Below, in pieces: positions 57,023 through 64,000 of a stretch of DNA of 64,000 bases. The DNA is from Thermoflexus hugenholtzii JAD2 (GTDB taxonomy: Bacteria > Chloroflexota > Dehalococcoidia > UBA2979): the NCBI GenBank assembly GCA_945903275.1, contig CAMDNW010000009.1, positions 3,036 through 67,035 of the forward strand, read 5' to 3'. Each line of letters opens with the position of its first letter. The stretch's first letter is position 1. The position numbers were made by a program, and so were the translations under genes. The notes below the pieces were generated by a model that had not been told where the DNA came from, made no database searches, and worked only from the letters and a program-made list of their open reading frames with translations.

Positions 57023-57997
57023 ATGGTGCAAATGGCCAAGCCCAGCAGGAAGCAGCGCACCGAAGCGGCAATCGGCTACGCCCTCAACCGGCGCTGGGAT
57101 CTCGCGGCCCAGCAAAACCAGTCCCTGCTCACCGAGTTCCCCGATGATCTCGAGGCCGCCAACCGCCTCGGCAAAGCCCTGACCGAACTCGGCGACCTGA
57201 ACGCCGCTGCGCTGGCCTACCGCCGCACGCTCGAAATCGACCCCACCAATAACATCGCCCGCCGCAACCTCACCCGCATCGAGGAGCTACAGGCGCAATC
57301 GCCCAAGACCACCAAGCGCGCCCCGGCGGCCTCCACCGCCAAGCGTCCGCGTACCACCCGCACCCCAGCGACGGCGACGCCTGCGGGCCCTGTCGCCGTC
57401 CGCCCCCACTCGCTCATCGAGGAATCCGGCCGATCCGCCGAGTTCACGCTGCTGGAACCGAACATCGCCGCGCTCAAGCGCGTCTCCGCCGGTGACCCAG
57501 CGGAACTCGTCGCCACCCCGCGCGGCATCGCCGTGAAGTCCGCCACCGGCGCCGTCCTCGGCCACATCGAGCCGCGCGCTGGCCTCCGCCTCCGCCGCCT
57601 CATGGAGGGCGGCAACACCTACGCCGGCGTCCTCCGTCGCATTACGGACATCGAGGCCACCATCTACGTGCGCGAGATCTACCGCACTCTCGAGCAGCAG
57701 AACGAGCCGTCGTTCCTGCCCCAGGCAGCCATCGCCCGCCGCCGCGCCGCCCCGCGCGCCTCCATCCGCTCCACCATCGTCCGCTACGACACCTCGGACG
57801 ATGATGAAGAGACTAGGGACGACTCGTGGACTCCTCGCGGCGGCACCCTCTCCTCCACCGACGACGACGAGATGGACGAAGCAGGCTTCAGCGAAGCCAA
57901 CGCCGATAGTGACGGTGAGGACGACGACGACCACGACTCCCTCGCCGGCGACGATGACGACGAGCCGATGGCCGCCGACGACGAGGAAGAATCCTAA
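57023..57997 (+). CDS. TPR-repeat protein with a highly acidic (D/E-rich) C-terminal tail
   Basis: An N-terminal TPR pair (LGKALTELGDLNAAALAYRRTLEIDPTNNIARRNL) and a C-terminal ~80-aa poly-Asp/Glu region. Confidence 0.6.
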   Translation: MVQMAKPSRKQRTEAAIGYALNRRWDLAAQQNQSLLTEFPDDLEAANRLGKALTELGDLNAAALAYRRTLEIDPTNNIARRNLTRIEELQAQSPKTTKRAPAASTAKRPRTTRTPATATPAGPVAVRPHSLIEESGRSAEFTLLEPNIAALKRVSAGDPAELVATPRGIAVKSATGAVLGHIEPRAGLRLRRLMEGGNTYAGVLRRITDIEATIYVREIYRTLEQQNEPSFLPQAAIARRRAAPRASIRSTIVRYDTSDDDEETRDDSWTPRGGTLSSTDDDEMDEAGFSEANADSDGEDDDDHDSLAGDDDDEPMAADDEEES

Positions 57998-58197
57998 GCA
58001 TCACTCGCCCTGCGTACGTGCATAACGAATGAACCCCGCGCTGCGGGGTTCATTCGTCTCGTCTCCACGCCTCCTCCGGGGTAGAATCAGCAGGTCGGCG
58101 GCGCGCGTAGCCATCCGCCCACCGCCTCGGGTGCGTATCCCCCGCGCCTCAGTCGCCCGCCTTGTAGCCACCCGCCGTGCAGTCCGAAGGGGACACC

Positions 58198-60675
58198 ATG
58201 GTCCAGGATCAGACCGAGCGCATCCGCCCGCGTCGCATCGAAGACGAGATCGAACGCTCGTACCTCGACTACGCCATGTCCGTCATCGTCTCCCGTGCGC
58301 TCCCGGACATTCGTGACGGCCTCAAGCCTGTCCAGCGCCGCATCCTCTTCGGCATGCAGGAACTCGGCGTCGGCCCCAACTCCGCCTTCAAGAAGACCGC
58401 CCGCGTCGTCGGCGATGTCATGGGCAAGTTCCACCCCCACGGCGACAGCGCCATCTACGACACCCTCGTCCGCCTCGCCCAGGACTTCACACTCCGATAC
58501 CCCCTCATCACCGGCCAGGGCAACTTCGGCTCCGTCGACGGCGACCCGCCCGCGCAGATGCGCTACACCGAGGCGCGCCTTGCCCCTATCGCCGGCGAAC
58601 TCCTCGCAGACCTCGACCGCAACACCGTCGACTTCTACCCCAACTTCGACGACTCGCTCATGCAGCCCACCGTGCTCCCCGCGCGCATCCCCAACCTGCT
58701 CCTCAACGGCTCCAGCGGCATCGCCGTCGGCATGGCTACCAACATCCCGCCTCACAACCTCAACGAACTCTGCGACGCCACTATCCTCACCCTCGAACAC
58801 TGGGAGGCCGGCGCAGAGCACTCGCAGACCACCGTCGATGACCTCATCGGCATCGTTCGCGGCCCCGACTTCCCCACCGCCGCCGCCATCTTCAACCGTG
58901 ACGAGATCACCACCGCCTACCGCACCGGCCGTGGCCGCATCCTCATGCAGGCCAAGACAGAACTCGAAGAGTCCAAGAACGGCCGCTACCAGATCATCGT
59001 CACCGAACTCCCCTATCAGGTGAACAAGGCGACGCTCATCGAGAAGATCGCCGAACTCGTCCGCGGCAAACGCATCGAAGGCATCTCCGACCTCCGCGAC
59101 GAGTCCGACCGGCAGGGCATGCGCATCGTCATCGAACTCAGTCGCGGCGCTGGCTATCAGGCCGTCCGCAACCAGCTCTTCAAGCACACCGCCCTCCAGT
59201 CCACCTTCTCCGTCAACATGCTCGCCCTCGTCGACGGCCGCCCCGAGGTCGTCAACCTCCGCGACGCCATCGAGGCCTTCATCCGCCACCGCCGCGTCGT
59301 CATCCGCCGTCGCAGCGAGTTCGACCTGGAGAAAGCACAGGACCGCGACCACATCCTGCAAGGCCTGCTCAAGGCCATCGAGATGCTCGACCACATCATC
59401 CGCACCATCCGCCAGTCCGCCTCTGCCGACACCGCCAAGACCGCGCTGATGGCGGCCCCATTCACGCTCAGCGACCGCCAGGCACAGGCCGTGCTCGACA
59501 TGCAACTCCGCCGCCTCGCCGCCCTCGAGGGCCAGCGCCTAGAAGACGAGCACAACGAACTCGTCACCCTCATCGCCGAACTCGAAGACATCCTCGCCAA
59601 CCCCGGTCGCATCGACTCCCTCATCATCGAGGACTGCCGCGACCTCAAGACGAAGTACGGCGATGCCCGCCGCACGCAAGTCTTCGATCAGGCCGTCGGC
59701 GAGATCTCCGATGAAGACCTCGTCCCGCACCAGCGCATCGTCGTCACCATCTCCGACCGCGGCTACATCAAGCGCGTCCCCTTGGAGACCTACCGCCCGC
59801 AGGGTCGCGGTGGCCGTGGCATCACCGGCATGACTACCCGCGAGGAAGACGGCGTCCGACACCTCATCGTCTGCGACACCCACGACTCGCTCCTGCTCTT
59901 CACCCAGCGCGGGCGCGTCTACTCCCTCCGTGGCTACGAGGTACAGGAAGCCTCCCGCACCGCGCGCGGGATCCCCGTCGTCAACGTCGTCGAGATGGAT
60001 CCGGATGACCGCGTCACCGCCGTCGTCGCCGTCTCTGACTTCACCCGCGACTCGATGGTGCTCACCACCGCGCAGGGCGAGGTGAAGCGCACCCGCCTCA
60101 GCGAGTTCGAGTCCGTCCGCCGCTCCGGCCTCATCGCCATGGACCTCCCCGCCGCTGATCAACTGATCGCAGCCCAGACCGCGCGTGACCAGGACGATGT
60201 CCTGCTCATCAGCAGCGACGGACAGGCCATCCGCTTCACCGTAGACACGTTGCGCGTCGCCTCACGCGCCTCCGGCGGCGTGCGCGGCATGAAGACCGCA
60301 GCGGGCGCGCACGTGATCGCCCTCGTCATCGTCAACGACGGCGAAGACTTACTCGTCGTCTCCGAGCAGGGCATCGGCAAACGCACCGCCATGTCCGAGT
60401 ACCGCGTCACCGGCCGCGGCGGTCAGGGCGTACTCACCTTCCGCGTCACCCCGCGCAGCGGCCCGCTCGCTGTCGCCCGTGCCCTCAGCCCGCAGCACGA
60501 ACTCATCCTCGTCTCACGCGAGGGCATCGTCATGCGCACCCGCGCCGATCTCATCAGCCAGCAGGGCCGCGCCACGCAGGGCGTCTCCGTCATGAACGTC
60601 GAGGAGAACGACGTCGTCGCCGCGCTCGCGCAGATCGACCTGAGCGCCACCGGCTCATCCGCCACCGGCGAGTAG
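58198..60675 (+). CDS. gyrA: DNA gyrase subunit A
   Basis: ...[38 protein letters not shown]..., active-site Tyr region, and C-terminal beta-pinwheel repeats. The RBS AAGGGGA precedes the ATG at 58198. Confidence 0.95.
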   Translation: MVQDQTERIRPRRIEDEIERSYLDYAMSVIVSRALPDIRDGLKPVQRRILFGMQELGVGPNSAFKKTARVVGDVMGKFHPHGDSAIYDTLVRLAQDFTLRYPLITGQGNFGSVDGDPPAQMRYTEARLAPIAGELLADLDRNTVDFYPNFDDSLMQPTVLPARIPNLLLNGSSGIAVGMATNIPPHNLNELCDATILTLEHWEAGAEHSQTTVDDLIGIVRGPDFPTAAAIFNRDEITTAYRTGRGRILMQAKTELEESKNGRYQIIVTELPYQVNKATLIEKIAELVRGKRIEGISDLRDESDRQGMRIVIELSRGAGYQAVRNQLFKHTALQSTFSVNMLALVDGRPEVVNLRDAIEAFIRHRRVVIRRRSEFDLEKAQDRDHILQGLLKAIEMLDHIIRTIRQSASADTAKTALMAAPFTLSDRQAQAVLDMQLRRLAALEGQRLEDEHNELVTLIAELEDILANPGRIDSLIIEDCRDLKTKYGDARRTQVFDQAVGEISDEDLVPHQRIVVTISDRGYIKRVPLETYRPQGRGGRGITGMTTREEDGVRHLIVCDTHDSLLLFTQRGRVYSLRGYEVQEASRTARGIPVVNVVEMDPDDRVTAVVAVSDFTRDSMVLTTAQGEVKRTRLSEFESVRRSGLIAMDLPAADQLIAAQTARDQDDVLLISSDGQAIRFTVDTLRVASRASGGVRGMKTAAGAHVIALVIVNDGEDLLVVSEQGIGKRTAMSEYRVTGRGGQGVLTFRVTPRSGPLAVARALSPQHELILVSREGIVMRTRADLISQQGRATQGVSVMNVEENDVVAALAQIDLSATGSSATGE

Positions 60676-60679
60676 CACG

Positions 60680-61702
60680 ATGCGTGAATCCGAACTCAGC
60701 GCCGGCGAAACCCCCACCAGCTCCGAATTCGCATTGATCGAGCGCATCATCATGCGCCTCGGCGAGTCTGCCGCGCGCGACATTCTCGTCCCCCCCGGCG
60801 ACGATTCCGCCGTATGGGTGCCCGGCGGCGGTGCCGTCGTCGCCACTATCGACTCCATGACCGAAGGCACCCACTGGCGCCCTCACCTCTCGTCGATGAC
60901 CGATGTCGGCTGGCGTGCCGTCGCTACCTCCGTCTCTGACCTCGCGGCGATGGGTGCGACGCCCGAGGTGCTCCTCGTCGCCGCCGTGCTCGGCCCCGCC
61001 GTCACCCTCAATGACATGGACGCATTCATCGACGGCATGGCTGAAGCCTGCCGCGCCCACAACGTCCACGTCGCCGGCGGCGATATCGTCCGGGGCCGCG
61101 CCACCGCCTTCAGCATCACCGCGCTCGGCAGCGCCCGCCTCGACCGCGCTCAGCGTGCCATCGTCATGCGCCGCGACGCCGCCCACTCCGGCGACGCCGT
61201 CGCCGTCTCCGGCACGCCCGGCGCGGCCGGCGCGGGCTTCCGCGCCCTCGAACGCCACCTCACCGGCTTGCCCGCTGACGAGGTGATCGCCGCGCTCCTC
61301 CGCCCTCACGCCCGCATCGATCTCGGCTTCAACGCCGTCAACCTCGGCGTCCCCTGCGCCATCGATATCTCCGACGGCCTCGTGCAGGACGTCCGCCACA
61401 TCGCCGAGCGCTCCGCCGTCGGCATCGAAATCGACCTCGACGCCCTCCCCATCAACCAGTCCGCCATCGCCCTCTTCGGCCTCGATACCGCCCGCGACCT
61501 CGCCCTCGCCGCCGGCGACGACTACGAACTCATCCTCACCGGCCGCCAGCAGATCATCGAGGCGCTTGAAGGCGTCACCATCATCGGCCGCGTCCTCGAT
61601 CAGCACCCCGGCGAGGTCGTCGTCCGCCAGCGCGACGGCGCGCCCTACCCGCTTCCCACCGGCTGGGATCAACTCCGCGCCTGGCCCCTCGCGCAGCACT
61701 GA
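60680..61702 (+). CDS. thiL: Thiamine-monophosphate kinase
   Basis: AIR-synthase-related fold, ...GDDSAV...ATIDSMTEGTHW.... Confidence 0.85.
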   Translation: MRESELSAGETPTSSEFALIERIIMRLGESAARDILVPPGDDSAVWVPGGGAVVATIDSMTEGTHWRPHLSSMTDVGWRAVATSVSDLAAMGATPEVLLVAAVLGPAVTLNDMDAFIDGMAEACRAHNVHVAGGDIVRGRATAFSITALGSARLDRAQRAIVMRRDAAHSGDAVAVSGTPGAAGAGFRALERHLTGLPADEVIAALLRPHARIDLGFNAVNLGVPCAIDISDGLVQDVRHIAERSAVGIEIDLDALPINQSAIALFGLDTARDLALAAGDDYELILTGRQQIIEALEGVTIIGRVLDQHPGEVVVRQRDGAPYPLPTGWDQLRAWPLAQH

Positions 61703-61712
61703 TCGCCCGCCC

Positions 61713-62219
61713 ATGACGACCGCCAACCGCCTCGTCGTCACTACCCGCACCGCCGTGCGCACCCGCGCCCTCGGTCGTCGCCTCGCCAAACTCCTCCACC
61801 CCGGCGATGTCGTCCTGCTGCAAGGCCCGCTCGGCGCGGGCAAGACCACCCTCGCTCAGGGCATCGCCACCGGCCTCCGTGTCGCAGGCCCCGTCCGCAG
61901 CCCCACCTTCGTCCTGCTCACCCAGCACGAGGGCACAGCCCTCACCCTCTACCACGCCGACCTTTACCGCCTCGATGACCCCGAGGCCGTCGCTGACCTC
62001 GCCCTCGAAGAACAGGCTCGCGACGGCGTCCTCCTCGTCGAATGGCCCGAGCGCGGCCTCGCCGCCCTCCCTGCAACCCACCTCCTCGTCGTCCTCGAAC
62101 CCGCCCCCGCCGCCGACACGGATGCCAACGCCCGCCGCCTCACCTTCGTCGCCGTCGGCGCACGCTACCGACACATCCTCGACGGCCTCCACGCAGCCGG
62201 CCTCGCAGATCACACGTAA
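61713..62219 (+). CDS. tsaE: tRNA threonylcarbamoyladenosine biosynthesis protein TsaE (YjeE)
   Basis: LQGPLGAGKTTLAQGI Walker A, ...SPTFVLL...HADLYRL. Confidence 0.85.
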   Translation: MTTANRLVVTTRTAVRTRALGRRLAKLLHPGDVVLLQGPLGAGKTTLAQGIATGLRVAGPVRSPTFVLLTQHEGTALTLYHADLYRLDDPEAVADLALEEQARDGVLLVEWPERGLAALPATHLLVVLEPAPAADTDANARRLTFVAVGARYRHILDGLHAAGLADHT

Positions 62220-62319
62220 CACGAGGTACAGCGATACCACACGTCACGGATCGAGTACTTGCCCGCTATCTATCGTGCATCGCGGATCGAACAAGCCGGA
62301 GCTAACCTACGCAGCGCAC

Positions 62320-63039
62320 CTACACCGGCACCGCCGCCACCCGCGCGATCGGCGTCAGCCCCCCGCGTACCCCGTCGCCCACATCCACCAGCACTGTGCA
62401 GGACTCCGGCAGCCGCAGCGTCACCTGCGACCCGAACTTGATCATCCCCAGCCGCTCACCCTGTATTAGGTGATCGCCCTGCTCCGCCCACGTCACGATT
62501 CGTCGCGCCACCATTCCGCTGATCTGCGTCACCGTCACCGGCCCCGCCGCCGTCCGCAGGTGCGTCGCCAACTGATTGTTCCCGTGCGTGGCCAACGTAC
62601 TCATCGCCGGCCGATACCCGCCCGCCTTCCGCACCTGCGCCACCACCTCGCCATCGAGCGGCGCGCGCTGCACATGCACGTCCCACAGCGCGAGGAAAAT
62701 GGCGACCTCGACCAGCTCCGTCTCCCAGTACTCGTCGTACACCATCCCCACGTGGATCACTCGCCCGTCCGCCGGCGAGAACGCGACATCGCGCTGAGGC
62801 CGCACCTGACGCTCCGGGTCGCGGAACGCGAACGCCACCGCGCCCGCCGCCGCCAGCGCGATCGGCGCCAGTGGCCGGTATGCAAAGCCCGCTGCCATCC
62901 CCGCCGCCAGCAGCGGCACGAGCACGGGTGCGCCTTCGGTCAGCGGACGCCAGCGCGGATTGCTCAGCCGTCGCGGAATGTTCAGCCGTCGAGTCGATGA
63001 TTCCGTGCCCGCAAGAGGAGCACTGGCGGGATATTCCAC
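62320..63039 (-). CDS. psd: Phosphatidylserine decarboxylase (short, archaeal-type proenzyme)
   Basis: ...GMIKFGSQV (the GS cleavage/pyruvoyl motif region), ...HLIQGERLG. Confidence 0.7.
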   Translation of the reverse strand: MEYPASAPLAGTESSTRRLNIPRRLSNPRWRPLTEGAPVLVPLLAAGMAAGFAYRPLAPIALAAAGAVAFAFRDPERQVRPQRDVAFSPADGRVIHVGMVYDEYWETELVEVAIFLALWDVHVQRAPLDGEVVAQVRKAGGYRPAMSTLATHGNNQLATHLRTAAGPVTVTQISGMVARRIVTWAEQGDHLIQGERLGMIKFGSQVTLRLPESCTVLVDVGDGVRGGLTPIARVAAVPV

Positions 63040-63557
63040 GGGTACACCTTTCGTTCCACGCTCGTGAATTGCGCGCGCATGAATGGCGCGAGGTATGTCG
63101 GGTGATACTGCAACGCTACCATCACCCCGCCCGGCCGCAGCGACTCCGCCGCCGCCCGCAGGATCGCCCGCGTCCCATCTGGCCCGATCAGGCTGAACGG
63201 CACCGACGAAATGATCGCGTCGAACCCCGGCTCCGCCTGCTGCGCCGCCACCTCACGGATCGTCTCCGCCGACTCACCCAGCACCGTGAACCGCGGGTCG
63301 GGAACATCCGCACGCAACTGCTCTAGGAACGGCGCGTACACCTCAAACCCGATCAGCCGCGCATCCGGCGGCATCGCCGCCAGTAACTCACGCGTGATCG
63401 CGCCCGTCCCCGGCCCGAACTCCGCCACCGTCCGCGCGTGCTCCAACCCGCCGAGGCGCGCCATGCGCTGCCCCACCGCACGCGTGGTCGGGGCCACCGC
63501 CCCGATCGTCTTCCGGTCGCGAAAGAACGACTGCAAGAACGAGCGATACGAGGTCAT
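62982..63557 (-). CDS. SAM-dependent methyltransferase sitting between pssA and psd (candidate phospholipid N-methyltransferase)
   Basis: ...VAEFGPGTGAITRELL (motif I). The size and fold resemble the RsmA/PmtA-like class. Confidence 0.6.
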   Translation of the reverse strand: MTSYRSFLQSFFRDRKTIGAVAPTTRAVGQRMARLGGLEHARTVAEFGPGTGAITRELLAAMPPDARLIGFEVYAPFLEQLRADVPDPRFTVLGESAETIREVAAQQAEPGFDAIISSVPFSLIGPDGTRAILRAAAESLRPGGVMVALQYHPTYLAPFMRAQFTSVERKVYPWNIPPVLLLRARNHRLDG

Positions 63558-63578
63558 ACGGGCGGTGGTTCAGGTGCG

Positions 63579-64000
63579 TTACGAACGCGGTCGGACGTGG
63601 CTGCGAATCTCATCAACAATCCCACGCGCCCCTTCATCAACCAGCCGACTCACTAGGCTCCACACCACATACGTGGCCAGCGTCACCGCGATCGCCATCG
63701 CTAGTGTCTCACCGCTGCGCCAGAGCACCAGCCACAACACGCCCACACCCGCGACCGGCAGCACCGCCCAGCGGTAATGCGCGAACTTCTCGAACGGATG
63801 CCGGCTCACCATCAGCCCCGCCAGCACCACCGTCACCAACTCCGACAGCCGTGGCTCCGAGGCAAACGGCCCCACCACCAGCGCCGCCAGCAGCGCACCA
63901 GCCGCCGGGATCGGCAACCCGCTGAATGCTGCCCCGCTCGGCTCGGCGTTGTACCGCGCCAGTCGGAACGCACCGCACCCGACAAACGCCAGTGCCGCGC
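63579..64000 (-). CDS. pssA: CDP-alcohol phosphatidyltransferase (phosphatidylserine synthase-like), C-terminal part; the gene continues beyond the window
   Basis: A hydrophobic C-terminus typical of the family and its position upstream of psd. The frame is open to the window edge. Confidence 0.5.
   Translation of the reverse strand, partial: AALAFVGCGAFRLARYNAEPSGAAFSGLPIPAAGALLAALVVGPFASEPRLSELVTVVLAGLMVSRHPFEKFAHYRWAVLPVAGVGVLWLVLWRSGETLAMAIAVTLATYVVWSLVSRLVDEGARGIVDEIRSHVRPRS

Noticed and set aside
1-64000. Dozens of long antisense or out-of-frame ORFs in the six-frame track (for example 265..882, 886..1824, 3720..4853, 10297..10989, 18266..19783, 19787..21595, 21435..22871, 58087..59505, 60590..61849)
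   Set aside because: They are Ala/Arg/Gly/Pro-rich translations of the opposite strand or a shifted frame of clearly identified genes. This is the expected artefact of ~70% GC DNA with few stop codons.

Overview
This is a high-GC (~68-70%) bacterial chromosomal window. Gene content fits an Actinobacteria-, Chloroflexi- or Deinococcus-like organism, but I cannot assign the lineage from sequence alone. Coding density is high on both strands.

Housekeeping genes I recognise with confidence:
- a solitary groEL with a CIRCE operator upstream and no groES;
- gyrA, thiL, tsaE, recF, purU and menG/ubiE;
- a DEAD-box helicase and RNase HI;
- tRNA-Arg(TCG) and tRNA-Pro(CGG);
- a pssA, methyltransferase, psd phospholipid operon at the 3' edge;
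- several MFS transporters and a CPA2 antiporter.

The most notable locus is an archaeal-style four-gene double-strand-break end-resection operon (nurA-like, herA-like, mre11/sbcD, rad50/sbcC) at 17.6-24.5 kb, with tight or overlapping gene junctions. It is followed directly by a low-GC insert carrying small unannotatable ORFs.

The second theme is gene decay. At least nine accessory genes are visibly disrupted by in-frame TAG or TGA codons at conserved positions, by single-nucleotide deletions, or by expanded GC-rich penta/hexanucleotide microsatellites inside coding sequence. The affected genes are a HIT hydrolase, a histidine phosphatase, a HigA-like regulator, a HAD hydrolase, a SAM methyltransferase, an OmpR-type response regulator, a diacylglycerol kinase, an inositol monophosphatase and a dienelactone hydrolase fragment. 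Neighbouring core genes are intact. This points to genuine pseudogenisation or locus-specific assembly error rather than uniform sequencing noise.

Other points worth a second look:
- an ~8 kb lower-GC island next to tRNA-Arg, carrying a fused double CoA-transferase and an ABC importer with no ATPase subunit;
- a proline/threonine-rich protein translationally coupled to a GAF histidine kinase whose response regulator is a pseudogene;
- a ChlI-like AAA ATPase and vWA pair, co-oriented with an XRE regulator and a 3D-domain protein;
- a hypoxia-regulon-like gene set (GAF protein, Rv2004c-like dual kinase, truncated haemoglobin with an unknown partner).

I saw no CRISPR array, integrase, transposase or rRNA.
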